The notes under the pieces are model-generated. The model was not told the origin of the DNA. It saw only the letters and a program-made list of their open reading frames with translations, and ran no database searches. DNA of 32,000 bases. Origin: Acaryochloris marina MBIC11017 (lineage in GTDB: Bacteria > Cyanobacteriota > Cyanobacteriia > Thermosynechococcales > Thermosynechococcaceae). The position numbers and the translations under genes are program-made. The stretch is from contig NC_009925.1 of assembly GCF_000018105.1 (NCBI RefSeq), forward strand, positions 3,390,001-3,422,000. The letters are read 5' to 3'. Positions 1-9,252 of this stretch are shown one piece after another. Every line of letters starts with the position of its first letter. The first letter of the stretch is position 1.

Positions 1-997
1 TGTCATCTAGGATTTGATTGGCAGCCAGAATATTACGGCCTGCTGTCCACACTTCGCTATTAACTTCATAAATTTTCTTGTTCTGCACAGCACTCAATTT
101 TGACCAAAGCGGATCAGACACAAAGCCGTCATAGTCAAAGCTGCCTGATATCTGAGGGCTATGGATTAAAAAGAGCAGATCGCCATTCAAGCTATCTAAA
201 TCTTCTCGGGCAATTTGAACAGCATATCCTTTGGCATTCTTTTGTTTCGAGGGCCGATCAAATCCTATATCTTCCAGCACTGAGCCTGAAAAGCTGTTCG
301 ACGTGTATAAGCCAATCTGGCCTTGACCTGTAGCAACCACTGAAACAACGGTTTGATCAACCTCTACTAACTGCTGCTGTAGCGCTTTGACCCGTTGTTG
401 ATAGTCTGTCAAGACCTGCCGTCCTGCCGACTCCTTATTTAAGGCTTTGGCAAATAAGCGAAAATTCTCGTGCCATTCTCCTTCTCTGCCACTTCCTTCA
501 GTTAAAACCGTTGGTGCAATTCGGTCTAAATGTTTGTATATTTTGCCGGAGCTGATCTTACTGCCTAAGATTAAGTCGGGCTTCAGGCTAAGGATGGTTT
601 CTAAATTCGGTTGAGTCCCTTCTCCTACGGATGCGATGCCTTCTGTTTGGTCTCCCAAATAGGCAGGGAATTGACTATAAACCACGGAACCAACAGGTTT
701 GACACCTAATGCTAAAGCAGCATCTAATGCCGCTGTGTCTACTGTAATCACTCGTTGAGCTTGGATAGGAACTTGGCTGGTTCCCATCGCATGTTCTATG
801 GATAAAAAAGTGCCTTTAGCGAGTGGGGAACGCTGTTGAGGAAGGTTTGGTAACGGATCCGATGCACAACTCATCAACAGACTCAGGAGCAGGCAGGCAG
901 AAACGCTGAGCCAGAGAAACCGTCGGCCCCCACGTATACGTAGCCGCCGAATTCCGATTGCAAGGCTTATCGCTAGCACTAGCCATAGTAGCAACAT
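1..997 (-). CDS. Periplasmic iron-siderophore ABC substrate-binding protein (FecB/FhuD-like). The 3' end runs off the window.
   Basis: This ORF is absent from the supplied track because no stop lies inside the window. Hand translation of the minus strand from ATG 997-995 gives MLLLWLVLAISLAIGIRRLRIRGGRRFLWLSVSACLLLSLLMSCASDPLPNLPQQRSPLAKGTFLSIEHAMGTSQVPIQAQRVITVDTAALDAALALGVKPVGSVVYSQFPAYLGDQTEGIASVGEGTQPNL... The same frame is still open at position 1 (..SEVWTAGRNILAANQILDD). It has a lipobox (LLMSC) and a cluster-A binding-protein N-lobe pattern (VITVDTAALDAALALGVKPVG). It lies directly downstream of a TBDT gene. Confidence 0.8.
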   Translation of the reverse strand, partial: MLLLWLVLAISLAIGIRRLRIRGGRRFLWLSVSACLLLSLLMSCASDPLPNLPQQRSPLAKGTFLSIEHAMGTSQVPIQAQRVITVDTAALDAALALGVKPVGSVVYSQFPAYLGDQTEGIASVGEGTQPNLETILSLKPDLILGSKISSGKIYKHLDRIAPTVLTEGSGREGEWHENFRLFAKALNKESAGRQVLTDYQQRVKALQQQLVEVDQTVVSVVATGQGQIGLYTSNSFSGSVLEDIGFDRPSKQKNAKGYAVQIAREDLDSLNGDLLFLIHSPQISGSFDYDGFVSDPLWSKLSAVQNKKIYEVNSEVWTAGRNILAANQILDD

Positions 998-1055
998 GAT
1001 GATGAACTCCCACCAAACTGAAAATCTAAGAAACTAGGTGCTGGTTGAACTGGAC

Positions 1056-3749
1056 TTAAAACTCAAAACTATAGCGAATGCTATAAGTCCGGCCTTGACC
1101 GGGGAGACGGCGTAGCTCTTGAATACCCAAGCGTTCTTGGGAACTCACGGGTACATATTGGGTATCAAAGACATTTTGGATAGCGAGCTGCAGTTTCCCT
1201 GGCCCTAGGTTGACCGTACTGAAGACATCGAACACCGTGTAACCTTCAACTCGAAACTGATCGATCGCGTCATTAAAGGCACGATCTCGTCCCCCGACAA
1301 ACAACGCTTGAATTCGGTTTCGCCAACCAGGTAGGGTCTCATTCTCAACATAGACCGTTGCGTGAATGGGCTGGACATCCAGGGAGCTAAGGGCTGTAAA
1401 GACACCATCATCGTCTGGATCCGATTCACCCTCATTCCAAGTAAAGACTGTCCCTAGTTTCCATGTATCGCTGGGTTGCCAATCCGCAGTGAATTCAATG
1501 CCATAGTTCCGTTGTGGAGCCCGCACAATAGAGGTCAGCCCCACGTTATCAACGACTAGAGAAGAACCAAGAGAGGAGGTACTCAAAAAGCCCGCTAGAC
1601 TTAGCTGAACCGTATCAAAGTTGGCTTTTACCCCCAGCTCATAGTTATTGACTTTCTGAGGTTCTAAATTGAGGCTGTCAACCACGCTATTGCCAAATCG
1701 AGCTAGCCCTAGGGTTACCCCAACACCAGGAATCGAAAATCCTTGGGCAAAGTTGGTATAGATGCTAACTTCTTCAGTCGCTTTAAACACTGCACCCGCA
1801 TTAAAAACCACGTCATCGGTTGTGATTACTCCGCCTTGGATTTGTGCCGGTGGCGCAATCCCAAAATTCGCAAAAGGGCTAGCAGCATAGTCATCGACGG
1901 ACAAGCGAATATTTTCATATCGAATCCCTCCGGTGAGGGATAGCTGATCCACCACATCCCAGGTTAACTGGGAAAAAGCACCGATGCTGCGTACGGTATA
2001 AAACGGGGATTGAGTGGCCGTACCGATGATGCGGGCACGGCGGTTGAGATCAAAATCGACTGGATCTAGGGAATTGAAAAACTGCTCATTCTCTTCATAG
2101 GAAAGATCCGCACCCCACAGAATCTTGAAGCGATCTGTAATGGGAGTATCGAGCTGAAACCGTCCACCGACCTCTAAAGAATCTAAATTAGTTTGAGAAA
2201 TGACAGGCAAAAATGGGGGTGTCCCCATGGGAAAGAGATTACGAATATCACCTGGAATTTGAGTTAGATCAGTTTTCCGAAAGTAAGCCTGAGTCCGTAA
2301 TTCAGCACCTAATAAGTCTTGATGGCGATAGGTCAAATTGACATTATGGATAGCCTGGGATGGGCTGTCATCAAAGGTAAACGGTCCTACTCTCAAGGCT
2401 TCAGCATCTTGCTCCCCTGGGATACCTAAAACAATCGGATCGGAAATGAAATCGCTAGCAAAATCGTTTTGAAAGAAGTTGTAGGAGAGTTGTAGGCGCT
2501 GATCCTCAGTGATATCAACCCCCGCTTTTGTAAACAGGTTAAAGGTGTTGTTGTCTGTGGTTAAGCCATCGGGCGGAATTCGATCTCCTTCTCCATCAAA
2601 GATGGCACCATCTAGGTCCAAGGCTGCTCCAACTAGAAAATCGAATTTTCCTTGCTTGCCTGACAGACTGGCATCCACTTTGAAGCCAAAGCCATTCTCA
2701 GATAAATGTTCAAAATCGGGACGAAGGGTGAGTCCTAATTGCCCTTGAACCCCTTCTTCGACGGGGGCACGAGTCAGAATATTAATAACCCCACCAGTTG
2801 CACCATCTCCAAAGACTGCGCTAGGTCCTCTGACCACTTCAATCCGTTCAATAACCGATGGATCAATGGCGGACAACTCTGTGTCAAAGGAGGCATTACC
2901 AGTTTGGGGGATGCCATCGATCAAAATTTGCGCAGGGCGACCTCTCAAATCTTGAACACGGGTTCGACCATTCGCTGTTGGTGGTCCAAAGCCGGGCACA
3001 AATTTACCCAGGGTTGAAGTCAGGTCATTCCTTAACAGGGCTTCTTGCTCTATCTGTTCGCGAGTAATGATGGTGACAGCACGGGGGACATCTGCGAGGA
3101 GCTCTTCCGTCCGAGTGGCTGTGACGACAATTTCTAAATCATCTTCTTCACCCTCATCTGCAGGAGTATCCGCAGGTGGAGTCTCTGGGGGTTCTTCCGC
3201 CTCAGCTAACGTCTGGGTATTGATACTGAAAACGAGGGTCTGAGAATCGGGTTGAATTTGGTGACTTAATTCTGTCTGATCACCAATTACGGTCACCCGC
3301 ACGCGATTGACATCAACAGGCATGACAGAGACTGAGCGTATACCTGGGCTTGGGTTGTCTGCTTCAAAGGTTTGCCCAGTGGGTAAATTGAGTAGGGCAT
3401 TCTCAATATCAGCGATAAAGGTGGCCCCATCATCGGAAGGCGTCACCTGCAAGGTATCACCTTTAGCAACCGTCAGCACAATATTGACCCCGCCCTCTGT
3501 AGGCTCAAGGGTCACCTGCGTAATTTCGGCAATGGATAGAGGCTCTACTTGGGCAACACGATATTCGGACTTATGTGGATATAGAACGATAGATTCAACT
3601 TTACGGATCCTACGAGCCCTCTGGTCAGAGATAATCTGGAAAGGGTTTGACAGAGGCTGAGCTGCTTGGGCCGCACCCAGTGTTCCTAGGGATGTCCCCA
3701 GAGCACCCAAACAGATATAAATGATGTTTAAAGACGGTCCAGTATTCAT
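1056..3749 (-). CDS. TonB-dependent outer-membrane receptor with an N-terminal AMIN-like domain
   Basis: 897-aa ORF with an ATG start and a signal peptide (..LGTLGAAQAAQ). The N-terminus has an AMIN-like beta domain (ITQVTLEPTEGGVNIVLTV...VRVTVIGD), then a Pro/Glu/Asp linker and a TonB-box-like DDLEIVVTATR. The plug motif is ERIEVVRGPSAVFGDGATGGVINILTR. The long barrel ends in an aromatic residue (..YSIRYSFEF). Confidence 0.9.
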   Translation of the reverse strand: MNTGPSLNIIYICLGALGTSLGTLGAAQAAQPLSNPFQIISDQRARRIRKVESIVLYPHKSEYRVAQVEPLSIAEITQVTLEPTEGGVNIVLTVAKGDTLQVTPSDDGATFIADIENALLNLPTGQTFEADNPSPGIRSVSVMPVDVNRVRVTVIGDQTELSHQIQPDSQTLVFSINTQTLAEAEEPPETPPADTPADEGEEDDLEIVVTATRTEELLADVPRAVTIITREQIEQEALLRNDLTSTLGKFVPGFGPPTANGRTRVQDLRGRPAQILIDGIPQTGNASFDTELSAIDPSVIERIEVVRGPSAVFGDGATGGVINILTRAPVEEGVQGQLGLTLRPDFEHLSENGFGFKVDASLSGKQGKFDFLVGAALDLDGAIFDGEGDRIPPDGLTTDNNTFNLFTKAGVDITEDQRLQLSYNFFQNDFASDFISDPIVLGIPGEQDAEALRVGPFTFDDSPSQAIHNVNLTYRHQDLLGAELRTQAYFRKTDLTQIPGDIRNLFPMGTPPFLPVISQTNLDSLEVGGRFQLDTPITDRFKILWGADLSYEENEQFFNSLDPVDFDLNRRARIIGTATQSPFYTVRSIGAFSQLTWDVVDQLSLTGGIRYENIRLSVDDYAASPFANFGIAPPAQIQGGVITTDDVVFNAGAVFKATEEVSIYTNFAQGFSIPGVGVTLGLARFGNSVVDSLNLEPQKVNNYELGVKANFDTVQLSLAGFLSTSSLGSSLVVDNVGLTSIVRAPQRNYGIEFTADWQPSDTWKLGTVFTWNEGESDPDDDGVFTALSSLDVQPIHATVYVENETLPGWRNRIQALFVGGRDRAFNDAIDQFRVEGYTVFDVFSTVNLGPGKLQLAIQNVFDTQYVPVSSQERLGIQELRRLPGQGRTYSIRYSFEF

Positions 3750-3830
3750 TCCCTACACGGTTGCAGACGGCAAATGGCAAAGGCTCTTGAATATCCATGA
3801 CCCACGTTCAACGGTGGGCTGGCTAGATAG

Positions 3831-3860
3831 TTATTAAGAATTCTTCTCAATATAAATTAC
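3831..3860. promoter_or_regulatory. Fur-box-like A/T-rich site upstream of the TBDT gene
   Basis: The sequence is ttattaagaattcttctcaatataaattac. It contains the TTCTCAAT core and lies about 85-110 nt upstream of the TBDT start at 3749. Confidence 0.35.
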
Positions 3861-3994
3861 TAGAGTGGGATGTCGTTTTTCACACACTGCTGTCTTGCAA
3901 ACGGACTTTTTCTGTCTGAAAGCAGGACTATTTATTAGAAGTCAGAAAATCAAGGTATTGATAGTTGCCTTTTCAAAGTCAATGCGGGCCATCG

Positions 3995-4984
3995 TTAAGG
4001 ACGATACGTATTAGGGCTCACCTTAAACTGCTTGGTAAAGGCGGCGACAAAGGCAGTTCGACTGGCATACCCCACGGCATGGGCAGTTTCGGTCACATTC
4101 CATTGCCCAGAAGTGAGCAGCTGACGGGCTTTGTCCATACGGTATTGGTACAAGTAGTTAAATACAGACGTGCCAAAGACATCGCGAAAGCCTTGCTTGA
4201 GTTTGCGATCGTTAATACCCACTTGACGGGCTAATTCCATTAAGGATGGAGGGTTTAAATAGTTCTGAATCAAGATGTAGCGGGCTTTGTGGATCTGTTC
4301 AACATCAGTGGGATGAAGGCAGGCTGGTAGCGAAGCCTGGGGCGTGATGATTGCTTCCAACTGCAAGCCCAGAAGTTCAAGAGCTTTACCCGCCAGATAA
4401 ATATTTCTGGCAATCCCTTGCAAGGAGCAAGTCGCCAGTTGTTCAAGCACTAAGTGCATTCTAGGGGTCGTTGGATTCTCACAGTACAGCTTACGGGGAG
4501 TGTAGATGGGGGTGCTTAAATTTGATGACTGGGTCGCGAGTTGTTGGAGATTAAGCTGCGGAAAATGGTCTAAGTTAAAATACAGCTTTAAACAACAGAT
4601 CCGCTGATTGGCGTGATATTCCTCAATTTCAGCAGTTTGAGGTAAATGGTACAAATAGTTATTCCCAGCTCGTTCAGTCTGGGGGGTAGGCAAGGCTTCA
4701 TTGGTGACAACGGCCTGACCCGATAAGTAAAAACTAGCGGTCAAGGGCATCTGAGGGGAATGTAACTGAATGCGGTTGACATGGTTGTAGTTCAGCTCAA
4801 CATCTGCAATATCTAAGATCAGCCCTGGCTGCAAGAGATGTCTTCGGATATATCCACTGCCAAACTGGGCTGGGAGGGCAATACATTGTTCATCTTGGTC
4901 GGTATTGAGAAGGGTAGAGGCGTCACTATTATTCTGTAGAAAAGCAATAATATCGGCATTGGTGAGGGTTTTAGGCATACCCAT
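3995..4984 (-). CDS. AraC-family transcriptional regulator (PchR-like, siderophore-uptake associated)
   Basis: 329 aa. The C-terminus has a double HTH: SLMELARQVGINDRKLKQGFRDVFGTSVFNYLYQYRMDKARQLL...VTETAHAVGYASRTAFVAAFTKQFKVSPNTYR. It lies immediately upstream of a TBDT on the same strand. It is a paralog of the ORF at 19723-20748. Confidence 0.9.
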   Translation of the reverse strand: MGMPKTLTNADIIAFLQNNSDASTLLNTDQDEQCIALPAQFGSGYIRRHLLQPGLILDIADVELNYNHVNRIQLHSPQMPLTASFYLSGQAVVTNEALPTPQTERAGNNYLYHLPQTAEIEEYHANQRICCLKLYFNLDHFPQLNLQQLATQSSNLSTPIYTPRKLYCENPTTPRMHLVLEQLATCSLQGIARNIYLAGKALELLGLQLEAIITPQASLPACLHPTDVEQIHKARYILIQNYLNPPSLMELARQVGINDRKLKQGFRDVFGTSVFNYLYQYRMDKARQLLTSGQWNVTETAHAVGYASRTAFVAAFTKQFKVSPNTYRP

Positions 4985-5086
4985 TGCAGAGGGATTTATC
5001 AGAGTGTCTACACTCCAGTCTAATGTAATAAGAATAATTCCTATTTATCAAAATAGATTTTGGGCCCGATGCTGCGAATTCAGGCG

Positions 5087-6196
5087 TTAAGTGTCGTACC
5101 GCACAACTTGTGTAACTTCATATTGCCATTGGTCCTGGAGGGTCAGGGTGTCGTCAGGTTTTGCGGCTGATTTCACTGCCGTTTTAACCCTGCCCTTGGT
5201 CGCTAGCCGGACCCGATAACAACTGATTTGTGTGGCTTCAGGCAAGACAAATTGGAGGTTCACTTCAACCCAATCGGCTTCTTGTGTCCATTGTTCCAAC
5301 CACATCTGCATAAGGTTTAAGGGAATCAACTGCAGTAACGGATATAAAAACAGCTTGATCCCTTTCAGACCTTTCTTTGTGGTCCGTCCTGCTTTGGGAT
5401 AGTCTAACCAAGCCCATCCTTCTCTCTGCCAGATTTCTCCTTCCGCCATCTGTTCAAATTTCTGTAAGCCAGACCAACCCCGATAATAGGGGCGCAGGCT
5501 GGACACCTCTCCTTGACGTTCTACGAGGGTGGGCAAGATGGCTGGCTCAAGATGTCCCCAGAATTGCCCTGTGGGCAAATCTAGCAAGGTCGGGGCAAAC
5601 TGATGACCGCCAAAATGAGTTGCTTGCCAGACTCTGAGAGAACTAGGATTGTGGCCATAGTCTTGCCTAAGTTGGCGATAAATAGGGGTTCCATAACGAC
5701 CACAGGCCAAATCCACTTGGGTATGGGTACAGATCAATAGCTCCCGAATCTCTCTGGTGTTTTGCTGATACTTTCGGTAATGCTCAAAATGATTGGGTTG
5801 CTTTAGTAAGGATTTCAACAAAGCCATGGTGAAGTTGAGCCCTTCGGCTTCGGGGATAAGAAATTCCTGTTTGGCATACTGGGCAAACTGAAGACTGGGG
5901 CGATAGTAGTAGAGCAACCGTGTCCAGCCTGTTTGGGAATAGTCGCGATCGGTTGCGATCGCAATCGGTCTGATCAAGATTCCTCTGCGAAAAATCAATT
6001 TCTTGAATAAGGGAATCAAGGGTTGAACTTGAGGATGCTCAGTTAATGAATGGGACCAGGGCTGTTTCATCTCAGTAATCAGCCAGTGGTCAGCTTTTGC
6101 CGCTGTACCGAGGGGATCGACACCATTCGCTTTAGCAATATCTGCACAATAGCGGCAGTTCATTGACTGTTGATCCATAGCGGTATTGTCTGACAC
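5087..6196 (-). CDS. Sucrase/ferredoxin-like (thioredoxin-like fold) family protein with an extra C-terminal region
   Basis: 369 aa. The motifs NCRYC...GTAAKADHWLITEMKQPW and LICTHTQVDLACGRYGTPIY match the Suc_Fer-like family pattern as I recall it. The C-terminal ~130 aa carry no motif I recognise. The start is uncertain: GTG at 6196 or ATG at 6178. Confidence 0.55.
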   Translation of the reverse strand: MSDNTAMDQQSMNCRYCADIAKANGVDPLGTAAKADHWLITEMKQPWSHSLTEHPQVQPLIPLFKKLIFRRGILIRPIAIATDRDYSQTGWTRLLYYYRPSLQFAQYAKQEFLIPEAEGLNFTMALLKSLLKQPNHFEHYRKYQQNTREIRELLICTHTQVDLACGRYGTPIYRQLRQDYGHNPSSLRVWQATHFGGHQFAPTLLDLPTGQFWGHLEPAILPTLVERQGEVSSLRPYYRGWSGLQKFEQMAEGEIWQREGWAWLDYPKAGRTTKKGLKGIKLFLYPLLQLIPLNLMQMWLEQWTQEADWVEVNLQFVLPEATQISCYRVRLATKGRVKTAVKSAAKPDDTLTLQDQWQYEVTQVVRYDT

Positions 6197-6210
6197 GGCA
6201 AACCTATATC

Positions 6211-6264
6211 TATTCTCAATAATTGAACTGAAAATCGATAGATATTTTCTATATTGAGAATCTT
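6211..6264. promoter_or_regulatory. Inverted pair of Fur-box-like cores in the divergent promoter region
   Basis: attctcaata (6212-6221) and tattgagaat (6252-6261) are exact reverse complements, 30 bp apart. They lie just upstream of the 5087-6196 gene. Confidence 0.45.
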
Positions 6265-6513
6265 AGTAGAAAAATGGGTCTGGGTTTTTCAAGCATGATA
6301 TTGAACTGAGACCCTGTAGACCCTCATATCCTAATTCCTGTGATCAAATGGAGTTGACTGGCTCTACGGGAAAAATTAGGTCGTAAAGCTGATCAGCACA
6401 TTAGCTGAAATGTTTGAATTTAAAGCACTTTAAGGATTTCTTGATCTCGTCATGCTTCGATGAGTTGGTGAAACTGATCTATTCAGCCCGGTATTTATTT
6501 TTTATGGAAACAT

Positions 6514-6531
6514 AAATAAATATTGAGATTT
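6514..6531. promoter_or_regulatory. Fur-box-like site upstream of the first antenna gene
   Basis: The sequence aaataaatattgagattt is A/T-rich and carries an ATTGAGA core. It is preceded by the inverted repeat tatttattt (6492-6500) / aaataaata (6514-6522). Confidence 0.35.
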
Positions 6532-6581
6532 AACAGTTTTTCTTTGACTTTTACTCTTCAGATTTTCATGAAACGCAAGTC

Positions 6582-6614
6582 CTGATAAATTGAGAATTAG
6601 TCTCAATAGAATAT
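6582..6614. promoter_or_regulatory. Fur-box-like operator 30-60 nt upstream of the antenna gene start
   Basis: The sequence is ctgataaattgagaattagtctcaatagaatat. It contains ATTGAGAAT (6589-6597) and the dyad TTGAGA-attag-TCTCAA. An SD-like ggag lies at 6628-6631 and the ATG at 6642. Confidence 0.5.
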
Positions 6615-6641
6615 GCAAGATTAGTCTGGAGAATAATCTTT

Positions 6642-7688
6642 ATGCAAACCTATGGACAGCCCAAAGTTAACTATCCTTGGTATGCGGGCAATGCTCGTTA
6701 TACAGGGTTTAGTGCCCAATTCCTGGCTGCACATATCGGCCAAATTGCGTCGATGTGTTTCTTCGCTGGGACCTTTACTATCTTTGAACTCACTCGCTAC
6801 GATCCCGATTTGCCGTTATACAGTCAAAACTTTGTTTGCCTACCACAATTAGCGCGCGAAGGGTTTGGAGTTGGGTCTGGCGGAGTCATTGTAGACACCT
6901 ACGTCTACTTTGCGATTGGCATGATTCACCTGTTTGCAGCGGCTGTGTTTGCGTCGGGGGCCTTGTACCATATTGTGACTGGACCTAAGAACTTTGCGGA
7001 TAGCGAGTTCCCTGGTGTAAAGCGATTTCATTTTGAATGGGATGATTTTGCAACCCAGGGCAGGATTTTGGGGCACCATCTTCTTTTTTTAGGAGCAGGT
7101 GCATTTTTATTTACTTTCTGGGGAGCCACTCATGGCTTTTACGATCCAAGTATTGGAGAAGTTAGAGCAGTTATTCCACAATTTAATATAGTCAGATTAT
7201 TTAAATATGGATGGGCTATTCCCGGATTCAATCCGTTCTTTGTCGATAATCTTGAAGATGTGCAGATGGGCCATCTCTTTGTAGCTTTTCTATTTACGAT
7301 CGGTGGCGTTTTTCACATATTGATCAAACCGTGGCCTTATACTGACAGGCTGTACAAAAAAAATGCAGATGCAATCCTGGGGTATGCCTTAGGTGGACTC
7401 GCTTTTTTAGGGTTCAATGCTTGCTATTTTGCCGCTGTCAACGAAATTACATTTCCACCTGAATTCTTTGGTCCTGCTTTAGAGCTAAAGTTTGGAGTTG
7501 CACCTTACTTTGCCGATACGCTTGATATGGCCAAGGGGTCGCATTCGTCTCGCTTCTGGATTTGTAATTTTCACTATTTTTGGGGATTTTACTGTCTCCA
7601 AGGTCATCTATTTCATGCTTTGAGAGGTATGGGATTTGATTTTCGTAATGTCCCCAAATATTTCGAGCAATTCGCTCCTGAAGTGTAG
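6642..7688 (+). CDS. CP43'-type chlorophyll-binding antenna protein (IsiA/Pcb family), copy 1
   Basis: 348 aa, starting MQTYGQPKVNYPWYAGNARY.. It has six hydrophobic helices with the CP43/IsiA signatures GHHLLFLG, GHLFVAFLFTIGGVFHIL and FYCLQGHLFHALRG. It lacks the long CP43 lumenal loop, so its length is IsiA-like. Confidence 0.9.
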   Translation: MQTYGQPKVNYPWYAGNARYTGFSAQFLAAHIGQIASMCFFAGTFTIFELTRYDPDLPLYSQNFVCLPQLAREGFGVGSGGVIVDTYVYFAIGMIHLFAAAVFASGALYHIVTGPKNFADSEFPGVKRFHFEWDDFATQGRILGHHLLFLGAGAFLFTFWGATHGFYDPSIGEVRAVIPQFNIVRLFKYGWAIPGFNPFFVDNLEDVQMGHLFVAFLFTIGGVFHILIKPWPYTDRLYKKNADAILGYALGGLAFLGFNACYFAAVNEITFPPEFFGPALELKFGVAPYFADTLDMAKGSHSSRFWICNFHYFWGFYCLQGHLFHALRGMGFDFRNVPKYFEQFAPEV

Positions 7689-7955
7689 GTGTGGGTGGAG
7701 GATATGCTCTAACGTCTGACTAGCACGCACAGTTTTAAGAGTCCGTCTTTACGGTTCCAATCGTTAACTCAGCGTTAGCCAGGCGTTAGAGCTTGTATTG
7801 CATACGGTGGATAACTCTCTTGTTTGATAAGAGTCTTTGGCCATCCCTTATTTGCGCCACTGGGTGATGTTGGCTGAAACGATGAGGACGAAGTGTTTGG
7901 AATACACCCAATGTTTGATTTTTAGTAACGATTTACCCTATCGAGGATTTAATTT

Positions 7956-9017
7956 ATGACAGCATCTTTAACCAGACGCGACCCGATGGACAGGTCCGAG
8001 ATGACTGCGGGTACAGCGAGCTTGAGCGGTTATGAAGCGGAATGGTGGGCAGGCAATGTCCGCAACACCGATCTTTCTGGCACGCTTCTGGGTGCCCACT
8101 TATGCCATGCAGCTCTGATGAGCTGTGTTCCCGGCGCTTTTATTATTCAAGAAGCTGCTCGTTTTCAACCCGGCATACCACTATCTGAACAAGGGATGGT
8201 CTTTATGCCCCACCTGGCAGGCTTAGGGATTGCCGTGGGTTCAGGCGGAGAGATATTGAGTACGTATCCTTATTTTGTGATTGGCGTTTTGCACTTCTTT
8301 GTGGCGGCATTCTGTTGTGCGGGTGGACTATTCCACACCATTGCTGGAGAAGCGAAGCTAGGAGATTACCCTGAAGGTAGCTGGGCGGCTCAATTTGATT
8401 ATGATTGGGACGACTTTGAGTCTCTCTCTTCTATTTTGGGCCATCACCTGCTTTGTTTAGGGGTTGCTTGCCTTCTATTCGCATGCAATGCAGCCTTCGG
8501 TAATGGCTTATATGATCCATTAGTGGGTGAAGTGCGACAGATTACCCCCAACCTGAATCCGATTACTCTAGTGGGTTACTTATTCGGATTTGCCAATGGT
8601 GGATGGACACCTTTGGGAATGGCCGCAGTCGACAATATGGAAGACCTGGTTGGGGGACATTTCCTCGTCGCCATTGTTGATATTGCAGGGGCAGCCTTTC
8701 ATATCATCAACAAGAAGCCGACAGCCTTTTTCAACAATCGGCTGATCTTTTCTTTCCCCAATGGTGGGGTGACGCGTGCTGGCATTTGCAATAGCGAAGC
8801 GATCCTGTCTTATAGTGTGGCTTCCGTGGGTTTTATTGCCATTAGTTCTGCCATTTTTACCCAGTATTGCGATATCGCCTTTGCCCCTGAGTTCTACGGT
8901 ATTGATCGGTCTGGGGCTGCTTCTATCCAGCTGATTCTGGGATTGAACTGGATGGTCTTTGGTGGCCTATGGCACAGTATTCGTGGCGAAAGGCTCCATG
9001 CCCTTAAGAATAAATAG
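7956..9017 (+). CDS. Divergent CP43'/IsiA/Pcb-family chlorophyll-binding protein, copy 2
   Basis: 353 aa. It has a 25-aa N-terminal extension in place of the MQTYG start. GAHLCHAALM, GVLHFF...GGLFHTI, GHHLLCLG and GGHFLVAIVDIAGAAFHII are retained. Helix VI is degenerate (LNWMVFGGLWHSIRG). An SD-like gagga lies upstream of the ATG. Confidence 0.85.
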   Translation: MTASLTRRDPMDRSEMTAGTASLSGYEAEWWAGNVRNTDLSGTLLGAHLCHAALMSCVPGAFIIQEAARFQPGIPLSEQGMVFMPHLAGLGIAVGSGGEILSTYPYFVIGVLHFFVAAFCCAGGLFHTIAGEAKLGDYPEGSWAAQFDYDWDDFESLSSILGHHLLCLGVACLLFACNAAFGNGLYDPLVGEVRQITPNLNPITLVGYLFGFANGGWTPLGMAAVDNMEDLVGGHFLVAIVDIAGAAFHIINKKPTAFFNNRLIFSFPNGGVTRAGICNSEAILSYSVASVGFIAISSAIFTQYCDIAFAPEFYGIDRSGAASIQLILGLNWMVFGGLWHSIRGERLHALKNK

Positions 9018-9026
9018 TTCTATGGG

Positions 9027-9092
9027 CCAGCATTGAGATGTGACGTTGTTCGAGTTCAGGATAGCTCTATCTAATGCTGGTCTATGGTTTTT
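9027..9092 (+). terminator. Possible terminator hairpin after antenna copy 2
   Basis: ccagcatt (9027-9034) pairs with aatgctgg (9073-9080). The stem extends by 4 bp with one bulge. The loop is 29 nt. A T5 run lies at 9088-9092, 8 nt after the stem, which is not an ideal geometry. Confidence 0.3.
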
Positions 9093-9252
9093 GTCAGTCA
9101 CTCATGTTTCTTATCGCCTGACTCATAAGCTGAAGACATGAGAGTAGAAATATAGATTTTCACATTCATTTGTCGCAAGGAATGCCGTAAAGCAGTCGTT
9201 CTTGCTACATAGCTCTTTTTGAGCCGTTATTAATTATTTTTTGAATAGAACC

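Noticed and set aside
100-1016. Track ORFs 100-333 (+) and 816-1016 (-)
   Set aside because: Both fall inside the long minus-strand binding-protein frame that I translated by hand (1-997). They have low-complexity, motif-free translations.
1205-3660. Six short ORFs overlapping the 897-aa TBDT gene in other frames or on the opposite strand
   Set aside because: All are embedded in a gene with strong family signatures. They are typical overlapping spurious ORFs.
7956-9017. Antenna copy 2 considered as a decaying pseudogene because of its degenerate helix VI and odd N-terminus
   Set aside because: The frame is intact over 353 codons. It has an SD-like site, and four of the six helices keep their paired His motifs. 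It is more likely a functional divergent paralog.
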